From positions 832,001 through 896,000 of the forward strand of contig CAXXHB010000003.1 of the NCBI GenBank assembly GCA_963664815.2: 64,000 bases of DNA, read 5' to 3'. This stretch comes from Spirochaetota bacterium (GTDB taxonomy: Bacteria; Spirochaetota; UBA4802; UBA5550). Below, piece after piece: positions 1 to 10,288 of this stretch. Within the stretch, counting starts at the first letter, position 1; each line of letters opens with the position of its first letter. Both the position numbers and the translations under genes were made by a program. Under the pieces are notes generated by a model. That model was not told where the DNA came from. It saw only the letters and a program-made list of their open reading frames with translations, and ran no database searches.

Positions 1-249
1 TCACCGGGATAGAAATATATATAGATGAAAGCCTTGCCGCTTACAGTAAAGTATACCCATCCGCCGGTAATGATGCATCAGGCGTTCCGACAGACTTCAG
101 TACACTCCTTGCAATAACTGGAAACAGAAGCTGCTGCGTAACAGTATTGCCGGAGGAAGCCGGATGAAGGAAATCGGCTGATTCAGGATACGGATATTTA
201 TGGACAGGCAGACTAAATCCATACAGAAATCTTTTATGTATAGAGTAAA

Positions 250-1005
250 ATGGAAAAAAACAGTTCAATAGAATCGATAAATATAGATCGTCTCCCAGGT
301 AATTTAAAGAAGCATTTTCACGAAAGCTTTTCTGTGACATTTATTGAAAATGGCGAATGCACACTGCTGGTTGAGGAAAAATTATATTCAGTTCAGGGTG
401 GGGATGTTGTTTTAATATCCGGATATATTCCCCACGCCTGCGTGCCGTTTCCCGGATCGGATGTTTCCTACAAAGTGATAATGATATCTGATGAAATAAC
501 AGAGAGCTATAATTTAACTGAAAAACTCGCTGTAATAAGAGAACCCCGCAGATTTCCGGCTTTAAGCGGCATATCACATTTCAATTTACCATACAATTGC
601 GGTGAATACCATGAGGAAATATCAGAATACCTCTCCGGCCTTCTTCAGGCTTATAACAATAATTTCAGCGATTCCCAATTGCCCTGTGTTTCCCTTTCCA
701 TGAAGAGAATAGCTGATTATATAAGTGCCGGATGGCAGAGGGATATAACTCTTGATGAATTATCAGAAATCTCCGGCCTTAGTAAATATCACCTGGTTAA
801 AAGGTTTAGAAGAGAGTTCGGAATGACTCCACACTCATATTCTGTAAATGTCAGGATAAACAGAGCCAGGATACTTCTTAAGTCCGATACCCCTCTTGCA
901 GACCTTTCACTTGATCTGGGATTTTACGACCAGAGTCATTTCTGTAATACCTTTTTAAAATATACCGGTCTGACACCATTAAAATACAGAAAATTATTGA
1001 GCTGA
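250..1005 (+). CDS. AraC family transcriptional regulator
   Basis: N-terminal cupin (HFHE...PH) and C-terminal AraC HTH (LDELSEISGLSKYHLVKRF...GFYDQSHFCNTF). Confidence 0.92.
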   Translation: MEKNSSIESINIDRLPGNLKKHFHESFSVTFIENGECTLLVEEKLYSVQGGDVVLISGYIPHACVPFPGSDVSYKVIMISDEITESYNLTEKLAVIREPRRFPALSGISHFNLPYNCGEYHEEISEYLSGLLQAYNNNFSDSQLPCVSLSMKRIADYISAGWQRDITLDELSEISGLSKYHLVKRFRREFGMTPHSYSVNVRINRARILLKSDTPLADLSLDLGFYDQSHFCNTFLKYTGLTPLKYRKLLS

Positions 1006-1078
1006 CAGCAATTTTTTCCAATACAGAGAAAATCACAATGTTAAAATTACGCATATTTATCCGGTTAACAGGTGAAAT

Positions 1079-1477
1079 ATGAAAATTGTAATTATACTTG
1101 ATGATAATCTTCCGGCAGGAGTGATGGCAAATACAGCTGCAGCTCTTGCCATGAGCTGTTCTCTTAAAATTCCGGGCATTGTAGGGGAGGATGTGCAGGA
1201 TGCCGATATGCAGATACACCCGGGACTTCTCACAACCCCTGTTGCGATCCTTTCTTCAAATGGGAAAAACCTTGTCAATTTAAAGAATGCAGCTGAAGCG
1301 GCGGATCTTGGTGTAATTGGTTTTACTGATATTGCAAGAAAATCGAGATCTTATAAAGATTATATTAAATTGATGTCTGCAGCAGGGGCAGGGGAGCTGA
1401 ATTATATTGGTATCTGTATATATGGCGAAAAAAGTAAAGTAACAGGTATAACGGGCGCTCTGCCGCTTGTGAAATAA
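1079..1477 (+). CDS. DUF2000 family protein
   Basis: KIVIILD..LP.G..ANTAAAL and YIGICIYG..V..ITG.LPL patterns; typical AraC neighbour. Confidence 0.75.
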   Translation: MKIVIILDDNLPAGVMANTAAALAMSCSLKIPGIVGEDVQDADMQIHPGLLTTPVAILSSNGKNLVNLKNAAEAADLGVIGFTDIARKSRSYKDYIKLMSAAGAGELNYIGICIYGEKSKVTGITGALPLVK

Positions 1478-1494
1478 ACAAAGGTGGTGAAAAA

Positions 1495-1821
1495 ATGTTT
1501 TCGAAGAAGAGTGAAGGGATATACAGGGATATGCTTCCCGGTATACAGATGCGTACTGCATCATATGGGGACAGGACTCTTATGAGCGAGTTTATTCTTG
1601 AAAAGGGATCTGCTCTGCCATCTCACAGTCATGTCCAGGAACAGACCGGTTATCTTGTTTCGGGGAGAATAACACTTAAAATCGACGGCAGAATTTATGA
1701 AACGTTCCCTGGCGACAGCTGGTGTGTTGAATCGGGGGTGGAACACTCTGCTGTTGCTCTGGAGAATTCAGTCGCAGTTGAGGTATTTTCACCGGTACGG
1801 GAGGATTATCTTCCGGGATAG
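1495..1821 (+). CDS. Cupin domain protein
   Basis: HSHVQEQTGYLVSG and VEHSA...VEVFSPVREDY motifs. Confidence 0.85.
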   Translation: MFSKKSEGIYRDMLPGIQMRTASYGDRTLMSEFILEKGSALPSHSHVQEQTGYLVSGRITLKIDGRIYETFPGDSWCVESGVEHSAVALENSVAVEVFSPVREDYLPG

Positions 1822-2282
1822 AATCCTGTATCATTAACATTTTCAGAGTGGAGAAAGAAATATCTTTTTTCAGGATAACTTTCCATGAGGAACATTTTTT
1901 ATAATATATAATGCTCTATTCTCACAGCCTCAAAGGGCGACTTTGATATCAAAACGTTTATTTTTACACTAAAATGTATATTAAGGAATTAGTAACTGAT
2001 ATATATTAAAAACCTTCATGTATTATATATAGGGTTTTAATGTATATGCGGTCGGATTTCGCATATATACAGAAACCAGTCATTTGCACGACTATCCTTC
2101 ATACAGCTTTTTTATTTGCGCTTTCCGGGAGCAGTGTGTCGCTGCTTAATTTTCATTTTTCTTGACATAAATTTCCATGTATGAAATTAGTCTCAGGAAT
2201 TAAGTTTACCCCTTATACCGGTTTAAACTTCATACCGGATCAGGAAACGCTTAAGTTAAATAAAATACTCTCCGGGATTGAG

Positions 2283-2492
2283 ATGAAAGGAAAAATTGAA
2301 ATAAACCAGGAACTATGCAAGGGGTGCGAACTCTGTATTCATTTTTGTCCGAAAAAGCTTATTACTCTTTCGGAAAATCTGAACAGGGCTGGTTATCTCC
2401 CTTCAGAATTTAAAGAGACTAAAGAATGTACCGGTTGCGCTACATGCGCAACGGTCTGTCCGGAAGTTGCAATAGAGGTGTATCGTGGCTAA
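2283..2492 (+). CDS. 2[4Fe-4S] ferredoxin, delta subunit of 2-oxoacid:ferredoxin oxidoreductase
   Basis: Two CxxCxxCxxxCP motifs; start placed at ATG 2283 (MKGKIEI); overlaps the alpha subunit. Confidence 0.88.
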   Translation: MKGKIEINQELCKGCELCIHFCPKKLITLSENLNRAGYLPSEFKETKECTGCATCATVCPEVAIEVYRG

Positions 2493-3555
2493 AGTACTTA
2501 TGACAGGAAATGCGGCAATCGCGGAAGCAGCAATCAGGGCTGGATGCCAATGTTATTTCGGTTATCCCATTACGCCGCAGAATGAACTCACAGAATACAT
2601 GGCTGCCAATTTAAGCCGAAGGCCGGGATGTACTTTTATCCAGGCTGAAAGCGAAATTGCAGCAATTAACATGGTCTATGGAGCCAGCGTAACAGGCGCA
2701 AGGGCTATGACATCATCGTCAAGCCCCGGGATAAGCCTGAAGCAGGAGGGGATTTCATACCTGGCGGCATGTCAGCTCCCTGCTGTTATAGTGAATATGT
2801 CAAGAGGGGGTCCGGGTCTCGGGTGTATATCAGCTGCCCAGTCGGACTATTTCCAGTCCACGCGCGGAGGGGGGCATGGAGATTACAGAACAGTTGTCCT
2901 CGCGCCGTCATCGGTACAGGAACTTGCCGATGCAACGCACAGAGCTTTTGAACTGACTGACAAGTACTCAATACCTGTACTGATTCTTGGCGACGGAATG
3001 CTGGGACAGATGATGGAGCCGGTTGAGTTCAGACATGAGGCGCCTGCCGTTCCGCCGGTGAGGGCAAATGGCCTCAGAGGGGCAAAGGGGCGGCCAAGCA
3101 GATTTATCCGCTCCTTTACATCCAATGCCTCAGAGCTTGAAGAGCTGAACTGGAGCCTCTACAGGAGGTATCAGCAGCTGCAGGAAGAGGAGACCACATG
3201 TGAAAACTTCATGACAGATGATGCTGCCCTTGTAGTCACTGCTTATGGTATTGCGGCGCGTATAGCAAAAGGAGCAATTACCAACGCCCGGTCTATGGGG
3301 ATGAAGGTCGGCATGTTCAGACCTGTAACACTCTGGCCTTTTCCGAAAGAACAGCTGAAGGACCTGTCAAAAAACACAAAGTATTTTCTGGATTTTGAAA
3401 TGAATATGGGCCAGATGATTGACGATGTTAAACTCTCGCTTGAAGGTAAAGGGGATGTTACCTTCTATGGAAGGCCCGGCGGTGTTATACCGACGTCATC
3501 CGAAGTTCTGCGCGTAATAACGCGTTTATATTACCAGAAAGGATTGAACAGTTAA
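2485..3555 (+). CDS. vorB: 2-oxoacid:ferredoxin oxidoreductase alpha subunit (VorB-like)
   Basis: YFGYPITPQNE, QAESEIAAINMVYGA, TSSSSPGISLKQEG motifs. Confidence 0.88.
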   Translation: MAKVLMTGNAAIAEAAIRAGCQCYFGYPITPQNELTEYMAANLSRRPGCTFIQAESEIAAINMVYGASVTGARAMTSSSSPGISLKQEGISYLAACQLPAVIVNMSRGGPGLGCISAAQSDYFQSTRGGGHGDYRTVVLAPSSVQELADATHRAFELTDKYSIPVLILGDGMLGQMMEPVEFRHEAPAVPPVRANGLRGAKGRPSRFIRSFTSNASELEELNWSLYRRYQQLQEEETTCENFMTDDAALVVTAYGIAARIAKGAITNARSMGMKVGMFRPVTLWPFPKEQLKDLSKNTKYFLDFEMNMGQMIDDVKLSLEGKGDVTFYGRPGGVIPTSSEVLRVITRLYYQKGLNS

Positions 3556-3559
3556 TTAA

Positions 3560-4315
3560 ATGGAAAAAATATTTACCAGACCAAAATCCCTTAAAAAAGC
3601 GGTATTCCATTACTGCCCGGGGTGCGGCCATTCAATAATACACAGACTTATATGTGAAGTAATTGATGAACTTAACATACAGGATAAAACAATAGGCGTC
3701 CCGCCCCCCGGGTGCTCCGTATTTGCCTACTACTATTTTGATGTGGATATGATCGAATCCCCGCATGGAAGAGGAGCGGCTGTTGCAACCGGTATAAAAA
3801 GGGCAAATCCTGAAGCAATTGTTTTTTCATACCAGGGTGACGGAGATCTTGCAGCAATAGGAACAGGTGAAACTCTTCACGCGGCTAACAGAGGGGAAAA
3901 TATAACCGCTATTTTCATCAACAATGCCGTTTACGGAATGACAGGGGGACAGATGGCTCCCACAACCATGCTGGGGATGAAAACAACCACTTCACCATTC
4001 GGGCGAGATCCTGAGTTCGATGGCCACCCTATAAAGATGAGTGAAATAATCGGGCAGGTTGAAGGGGCATCCTATGTTGAGAGGGTTGCTGTAAATTCAC
4101 CGGCCAATATACGAAAGGCAAAGAAGGCCATAAAGAAGGCATTTCAGAACCAGATAGACGGCAAAGGGTATTCTCTCGTTGAAATACTCTCACCATGCCC
4201 AACTAACTGGAAAATGGGTGCAATTGAGTCATGGAACTGGGTTGAAGAGGTTATGTCAAAGAAATTTCCGATCGGAATAATAAAGGATACTACAGGGGAA
4301 ACTCATGCTGATTAA
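3560..4315 (+). CDS. 2-oxoacid:ferredoxin oxidoreductase beta (TPP-binding) subunit
   Basis: HYCPGCGH, YQGDGD...NN TPP motif, YGMTGGQMAPTT, SPCPTNW. Confidence 0.92.
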   Translation: MEKIFTRPKSLKKAVFHYCPGCGHSIIHRLICEVIDELNIQDKTIGVPPPGCSVFAYYYFDVDMIESPHGRGAAVATGIKRANPEAIVFSYQGDGDLAAIGTGETLHAANRGENITAIFINNAVYGMTGGQMAPTTMLGMKTTTSPFGRDPEFDGHPIKMSEIIGQVEGASYVERVAVNSPANIRKAKKAIKKAFQNQIDGKGYSLVEILSPCPTNWKMGAIESWNWVEEVMSKKFPIGIIKDTTGETHAD

Positions 4316-4835
4316 AACTATATTTGCCGGTTTCGGGGGACAGGGTGTTCTGTCAATGGGGCTGAATCTTGCCCAGGCAGCAATGATCGAAAACAGACAT
4401 GTAACATATCTGCCTGCATACGGCGCGGAAGTCCGCGGAGGGACTGCCAACTGTACAGTTTCTGTATCTGATGAGGAGATCGCCTCACCTGTGGCATCAT
4501 CCCCGACTTTTGTTGTGGCCATGAATCAGCCGTCAATGATAAGGTTTCAGAACAGGATACAGTCCGGGGGAATTTTTTTCCTTAATTCGTCGCTTATTAA
4601 GGAACAGGTAAGCCGCGGCGATATGGAAATAGTAAATATACCTGCAAACGCCCTTGCAGAACAGATGGGAAATGTAAAATCGGCCAACATGATAATGCTG
4701 GGAGCTTTCATAAAAAAAAGCAACATAGTGCATCTGGACAGTATTGTTGAAGGTCTGGAAGTTGTATTAAAGGGGAACAGGAAGTTAATTACAATAAATA
4801 AAGACGCCCTTTCGAAAGGGTATGAACTTTTGTAG
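4305..4835 (+). CDS. 2-oxoacid:ferredoxin oxidoreductase gamma subunit
   Basis: AGFGGQGV, YGAEVRGG, NMIMLGA motifs. Confidence 0.92.
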   Translation: MLIKTIFAGFGGQGVLSMGLNLAQAAMIENRHVTYLPAYGAEVRGGTANCTVSVSDEEIASPVASSPTFVVAMNQPSMIRFQNRIQSGGIFFLNSSLIKEQVSRGDMEIVNIPANALAEQMGNVKSANMIMLGAFIKKSNIVHLDSIVEGLEVVLKGNRKLITINKDALSKGYELL

Positions 4836-4930
4836 TCAGGCAGTTTTATAAATGTTCAGTCTGCTGCATCATTTCATGCCTGGCAGTGACAGAAATAAAA
4901 CGGATTATGATATAAATTCTGGAGATTAAA

Positions 4931-5362
4931 ATGTGTGTAAAACAGATTTCTGTAAGTCTCAGCAATGAGCCGGGACAATTTCTTGCAATAAGTGAAAACC
5001 TTGGGGCTGAAGGGATAAATATAAGAGCGATTTCAGTAGCGGATACAGCTGACATCAGCACTGTAAGATTTGTCACTGATGATCCGGAAAAGACCGTTAT
5101 GGTTCTCAAAAGCCACAGTTATTCAGTAAAGGAAAAAGATGTAATCGCAGTTGAGATACCGGACCATCCCGGCGGTCTGCAGGCAATACTTAAACCTCTT
5201 AATACAGCCGGGATTAATGTACATTACTTTTATACTTTTCTCGGCAGGGGTGCAAGCGGGCAGGCTATTGTTATAATTGGGGTTGACAGAACCGCCGAAG
5301 CTGTTGAGATCTTCAGGAAAAACTGGGTTAAAACCTTTGGTGATGAAATATATTCGCTCTGA
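4931..5362 (+). CDS. Tandem ACT domain protein
   Basis: QISV..N.PG...GINIRA and DHPGGL..L..L...GINV.Y.Y. Confidence 0.85.
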   Translation: MCVKQISVSLSNEPGQFLAISENLGAEGINIRAISVADTADISTVRFVTDDPEKTVMVLKSHSYSVKEKDVIAVEIPDHPGGLQAILKPLNTAGINVHYFYTFLGRGASGQAIVIIGVDRTAEAVEIFRKNWVKTFGDEIYSL

Positions 5363-5367
5363 CAGGC

Positions 5368-5393
5368 AAAGCCGGCTTTCAGCCGGCTTTTTT
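5368..5393 (+). terminator. Rho-independent terminator
   Basis: AAAGCCGGCT-TTC-AGCCGGCTTTTTT directly after the ACT gene. Confidence 0.8.
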
Positions 5394-5458
5394 AATGATA
5401 TAATGTTATGTGGCAGAGGTGACGTTTACCTATACTGCGGCCGGTGTAAATCCGGCAG

Positions 5459-6658
5459 TTGTTCAGACTGATGTATTCAGAAACAGTATCAGGCAGCAGG
5501 CAGTATCAGCTTATAGCAGGAGTTTTTATAGCCGGGTTCTGTGTTTTTCTTCAGTTGTATTCTCCTCAGCCGCTTCTTGTTGTTTTCCGCGGATATTTTG
5601 GTGAATCCGAAGCGCGTGTAAGCCTGATAGTCTCTTCGGCAGCATTTGCCGTAGCAATCTCATCTCCGGTCATCGGGATGTTTGCAGATTCCATCGGCCG
5701 TAAAAAAATTATAGTCCCATGCATATTTATTTTGTCAGCCGCTACCCTCGGATGTGCAGCCGCACAGAATCTGAATCAGCTTATAATCTTCCGATTAATT
5801 GCAGGCGCATGCACCCCGGGCGTAGTTGCGGTGATTATTGCATATATAAGCGAAGAAGCTGAGAGCGGCACTACCGGTTCAGTTATGGCTCTTTATGTTA
5901 CAGGCACAGTTCTGGGTGGGCTTACAGGAAGATTATCGGCTGCTTTCATTGCCGATTTTTTTATATGGAGGTTTTCATTTGTCTTTTTAAGTATACTTAC
6001 CTTCCTTGGAGCAATATCAGTATGGATATTTCTCCCGGTATCAGGGAATTTTCAAAAAGTTCCGGAGCGGCGTAATGTTATTTCGGCAATGATAAGGCAT
6101 TTGGGAAACAGAAAACTGATTGCAACATATATTACCGGTTTTAATGCACTTTTCTGTCATGTCGGACTTTTTACTTATGCAAATTTTTATCTGTCAAAGC
6201 CGCCCTTCTCCCTGTCGACATCATCACTGGGATTGATATTTATTGTTTATGCCCTTGGTCTGGTGATAACGCCTCTTGCGGGACGGATCATTGATCATAT
6301 AGGTTATTGTTCAGGGGCAATAGCGGCAATAGGGTTAATTGTTGCGGGACTCCTGCTTACATTGTTCAGTAATCTGCCGGTTTTTATATTCGGGCTTGCA
6401 GTAGCTTCAACCGGAATTTTTATTATTCAGTCATCGGCATCCGGCCATGTAGGTCATGTATCTGAAGGAGCGCGTTCGGCTGCTACCGGTCTTTATGTTG
6501 CATTCTATTATCTCGGAGGATCAGCCGGAGCTACTGCCCTTATATTCCCATGGGACCTCGGCGGGTGGAAAGCCATTATTACGGCAATGATACTGGTGCA
6601 GTGCATCTCTTTTATTTTTGTTTTAAAATATTTTGACAGGATTCCAGGCGGGAATTAG
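5459..6658 (+). CDS. MFS transporter (YnfM-like)
   Basis: About 12 hydrophobic segments, motif A GMFADSIGRKK, GLYVAFYYLGGS; start may be ATG 5471. Confidence 0.88.
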   Translation: MFRLMYSETVSGSRQYQLIAGVFIAGFCVFLQLYSPQPLLVVFRGYFGESEARVSLIVSSAAFAVAISSPVIGMFADSIGRKKIIVPCIFILSAATLGCAAAQNLNQLIIFRLIAGACTPGVVAVIIAYISEEAESGTTGSVMALYVTGTVLGGLTGRLSAAFIADFFIWRFSFVFLSILTFLGAISVWIFLPVSGNFQKVPERRNVISAMIRHLGNRKLIATYITGFNALFCHVGLFTYANFYLSKPPFSLSTSSLGLIFIVYALGLVITPLAGRIIDHIGYCSGAIAAIGLIVAGLLLTLFSNLPVFIFGLAVASTGIFIIQSSASGHVGHVSEGARSAATGLYVAFYYLGGSAGATALIFPWDLGGWKAIITAMILVQCISFIFVLKYFDRIPGGN

Positions 6659-6699
6659 GTATTCAATGAAATGCCCGACCTGTTGATGCATGGATTTTT

Positions 6700-8142
6700 T
6701 TATTCCGGTTTCCTGTTATAAAAATTGGGATAGAGCTTTTTTGCACAGTTTGGACAGATACTGTGAGTAAATTCGGCATGTGAATGCTTGCTGATATAAC
6801 TTTCAAGCTGGCTCCAGTAACCGTTATCTTCACGGATCTTTTTGCATGATGCACATATCGGGAGGAGCCCTTTCAGATCTTTCACCTCTGAGAGGGCATT
6901 GTTCAGTTCATTATTTGACTTCTGCAGCTCCAGTGTTCTCACCTCAACAATGAGTTCAAGATTATTTTTCAGATTGCTCAGTTCGGTGTTTGCCGAAGTG
7001 ATCTCCATATGGGCTTTCTTAAGGTTGGATACCATACTGTTGAATGTTGAGGCCAGAACTCCGAATTCATCAGATCTGTTTATATTTACCGAACAGTCGA
7101 GATCCCCTTCACTGACTTTTTCTGTTACCCTGGTAAGGTTTCTTATGGGAAACGTAATATATTCAGCCAGTATCCATGTGAGTATTATTGTGATCAGAAA
7201 AGTCAGGATAGATACGGCAGCAGATATTATCATGATTGATTTTTTAAAACTTGCAACCTCTTCCTGAAAAATCTCAACAACTACGAGACCATTTGCAATT
7301 CCCTCACTGTCTGCAATTACGCCGTAAACAGTCGTAACATTATCCCCGTATATACTTGTCTGAATATTTCTCCTTACTACAGTACTTTGTCCGCTCTTGA
7401 TTATCTCTTTGCACTGATCGACAACATACCTGGATTCCGCATAGAGTTCTCCAGGCATGCTCTGTGATTCACCCCTGCCGGTGAATGAGCAGTATAATTC
7501 AAACGGTTTGCCGCTTATCATGACTTTTGAGTAGAGCTCACGGTTTTTTATGCTGAGTTTTTTCCCTGAAGCTTCAAGTATAAGAGGCGATTTTGAAACA
7601 ATACGGGCGAGTTCATTATCGCCGAGAAAAAGAACCCCCTCCGGGCTTATTTTCAGCGGGATTTTGTTATCTCCGATATGGATATTAAAATCTTCAGTAT
7701 AGACAATTTCATTGTATTTAATGTTAATTTTGTTATCGTTTCCTATTGAAAGCGCAAGACCGAAGAACTCGGTTGTTATCCATATTATATCAACAGGATT
7801 AATATCCGCATCGATGATATAGGAAACGCGCTCTTTTTCTCTGTCGTAGTTTATTGTAAAAAGATAGGTTACATATTTCTCATTGAGCCTTATTTTATTC
7901 AGATAATGCAGGTATTTCCGGTATTCTTTATCCCCCATTGCCTTAAGCGTGGTAAAGGTTTTATGCCTGTCGCCATCAATTGAGAGCGCTATAGAACGCG
8001 CCAGGGACTGTTTGCTGCTGATAAATGACTGGTAATACAACTCGCCGGCATATTTATACAGAGAGCCACCGATTGAGGCTGCAACCAGTATATTAATAAT
8101 AAGCGAATAGAAGATAATTTTTTTCTTGAGATTCAGTTTCAT
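6700..8142 (-). CDS. Membrane sensor with periplasmic domain, HAMP and C-terminal Cys/His (putative Zn) tail
   Basis: Two TM helices, HAMP (PIRNL...GDL...DEFGVLASTFNSM), tail LPICASCKKIR...HSICPNC. Confidence 0.8.
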   Translation of the reverse strand: MKLNLKKKIIFYSLIINILVAASIGGSLYKYAGELYYQSFISSKQSLARSIALSIDGDRHKTFTTLKAMGDKEYRKYLHYLNKIRLNEKYVTYLFTINYDREKERVSYIIDADINPVDIIWITTEFFGLALSIGNDNKINIKYNEIVYTEDFNIHIGDNKIPLKISPEGVLFLGDNELARIVSKSPLILEASGKKLSIKNRELYSKVMISGKPFELYCSFTGRGESQSMPGELYAESRYVVDQCKEIIKSGQSTVVRRNIQTSIYGDNVTTVYGVIADSEGIANGLVVVEIFQEEVASFKKSIMIISAAVSILTFLITIILTWILAEYITFPIRNLTRVTEKVSEGDLDCSVNINRSDEFGVLASTFNSMVSNLKKAHMEITSANTELSNLKNNLELIVEVRTLELQKSNNELNNALSEVKDLKGLLPICASCKKIREDNGYWSQLESYISKHSHAEFTHSICPNCAKKLYPNFYNRKPE

Positions 8143-8564
8143 AAAGAATAAAAGTCCCGGTTTTATATCTGACTCTGTTTGTTTAGAATATGATAACTAA
8201 TATGATACTTAAAGAACAGGATTAAGGCAATTTATTTACATGAAATTAATACAGATATATACATTCGTTTTTTACAGATAATATGAAATTCAACTCCCTG
8301 AAATTATATTAAACAGGGAGTAATAGTTCACGAGCATGTAATTTATTGTAAATATGAAACAGGATTTTTTACTTATATTAAGCTGAGAAATACATATACT
8401 ATTACGTCAAGAAAGTTGCAAAAGTGTAAAATATTATTTTAATTTTATATGCAAATTGGAGTCTTATGGGAAACTAACAGCTATTATAATGCAGTTTTCA
8501 TAACTTAAAGAGAGAAATGCACTTAATGTTAATTCAGTGATCTGTATTAATATATGGACGATTG

Positions 8565-8597
8565 TATTACTCCACCATTAATGACAGTGGAGTAATA
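8565..8597 (-). terminator. Inverted repeat, probable terminator of the hydrolase-flavoprotein unit
   Basis: TATTACTCCAC-N11-GTGGAGTAATA downstream of 8640. Confidence 0.45.
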
Positions 8598-8639
8598 GAG
8601 TATTTTCTGTTAAAAAATTCCGGAGATAGCGAACAGTGT

Positions 8640-9182
8640 TTATTTTACGAGACTGATTCCGAAACTTAAACCATCATTCAGCGCCTTTTCATTTTTACTG
8701 ACCGGCTGAGCCCCTGTGCATACGCCGAGAACGCCGGATGCCTCCATTTTAAGGTAATCGCATATTTCCCTGAATAATACTTCAGTTGTTTCCGGACCGG
8801 AGTTGGGGAGCTCACCCTCGTAGGTCATAATAAGGGCGACCTTTTTTCTGCCGCACCTGAAATCCATACCGTACAGCCTGTCTACCATGGTTTTCATCTG
8901 AGCGGTAATGCTCCACCAGTAGATTGGCGTGGCGAGAATAATTATATCTGATTTCGCTGCCGCTGAATATATTTTCTGCATGTCGTCTTTTACGACACAT
9001 CCTGAGCTTCCCTCTTTTTTGCATGAATTGCACCCTCTGCAGGGTGCTATATTCATCTCCTGCAGAAAAAAAGATTCGCTTTCAGCATCAGTGCATGAAT
9101 GAATCCCTTTGAGTACTGAGTCAAGCAGGGTTGCTGTATTCCCGTTTTTACGCGGACTTCCCAGGAATGACGTTATTTTCAT
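8640..9182 (-). CDS. Flavodoxin family / iron-sulfur flavoprotein (NADPH-dependent FMN reductase)
   Basis: GSPRKNGNT, CxxCxxC...C, ATPIYWW motifs. Confidence 0.88.
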   Translation of the reverse strand: MKITSFLGSPRKNGNTATLLDSVLKGIHSCTDAESESFFLQEMNIAPCRGCNSCKKEGSSGCVVKDDMQKIYSAAAKSDIIILATPIYWWSITAQMKTMVDRLYGMDFRCGRKKVALIMTYEGELPNSGPETTEVLFREICDYLKMEASGVLGVCTGAQPVSKNEKALNDGLSFGISLVK

Positions 9183-9218
9183 GATATTGCCTCCTTAGAT
9201 AATAATTTGAATTTTTCC

Positions 9219-10049
9219 TTACATATACCCGGTAAAAGAAAGAATATCATCCGCAAGTCTCCGGGGAGATTCAATCGCTGTCATGTGGCCGATTCCTTTA
9301 TATTCAACCAGTTTTGCGCCGGGAATCTCTTTAGCCATCAGCTTGCTTGATTCGATAAAGAGATCATCTTTTTCTCCGTATATAATTAAGACAGGGCATG
9401 ATATTTTCCTGAGACCTTCAACCATCGGGTCGGGGTCAGTATAAAACGAACGTATAAAAGCGGCAATAGTGGCAGTTTTATTAATGATTGTCATCTCTCT
9501 TGCAATCTTCATAAACGTCTCCCGTGATTCCGATTCCATAATACCCCGGTAAAACGGCCCTGGATTTACATAAAGGTCTTTAAAAACATCATCCCATGTA
9601 GAATTCTCAAAACTTTTTGCGAACTTGTCGTTGAACCTGTCGATTGACTCAGGTTTTGCCTTGATGTTGGAAGTTGTGGAAGCCGTATCTGTCAGTATCA
9701 GGGAATGCAGACGGCTCCATTTTTTCATTGCGTACCGTGACGAAAGGAATCCCCCGGAGGAATGAGTCAAGAGATGAAATTTATCTATGCCGAGATGATC
9801 GGCGAGGGCGTCGATATCCCCGGCAATTGTCTCAACGTCAAAACCGAATGGTTCTCCATTAACAACCGTGCGGCCGTGTCCCCGCATCTCCATTGATATT
9901 ACCCTGAATTTTTCAGAAAGTCTACCTGTTACACCTGGAAGGCTCCAGTACAGCGTGCTTTCGCTCAACCCATGTAATGTAATCATCGGCTCGCCATTTC
10001 CTGTTTCCTCGTAATAAATCTCCGCGTTTCCTCTTTTAAACACCGGCAT
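9219..10049 (-). CDS. Alpha/beta fold hydrolase
   Basis: LHG, RGHGRT, nucleophile elbow THSSGG, GEKD, GH. Confidence 0.88.
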   Translation of the reverse strand: MPVFKRGNAEIYYEETGNGEPMITLHGLSESTLYWSLPGVTGRLSEKFRVISMEMRGHGRTVVNGEPFGFDVETIAGDIDALADHLGIDKFHLLTHSSGGFLSSRYAMKKWSRLHSLILTDTASTTSNIKAKPESIDRFNDKFAKSFENSTWDDVFKDLYVNPGPFYRGIMESESRETFMKIAREMTIINKTATIAAFIRSFYTDPDPMVEGLRKISCPVLIIYGEKDDLFIESSKLMAKEIPGAKLVEYKGIGHMTAIESPRRLADDILSFTGYM

Positions 10050-10084
10050 TGTATGCTCCTTAAAATTATATTTATTTTCAGTAA

Positions 10085-10197
10085 TAATTCCTTTACATAT
10101 AATTTAATATAAAATGAACGGCAATATAACACCGCCGCCTCCGGCGACGGTGATAATTAAACGTTTATTCTGAATTAAAGTAAACATTAAGGAATTA
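10085..10197. repeat. AT-rich dispersed element, copy A (AATTCCTT terminal inverted repeats, central GC hairpin)
   Basis: TAATTCCTT...CACCGCCGCCTCCGGCGACGGTG...AAGGAATTA; similar to 10943-11046. Confidence 0.7.
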
Positions 10198-10288
10198 ACT
10201 TTGATAATCAATAATAATTTTTCTGTAAATATATTAATGCAGATGTAAATAATATATCATCAGAAAATTTGTCAGATTCACAGCCGGT

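Noticed and set aside
8490-8506. GCAGTTTTCATAACT resembling one arm of an epsilonproteobacterial difH site
   Set aside because: The second arm is absent and no Xer gene is nearby; likely a chance match in AT-rich DNA
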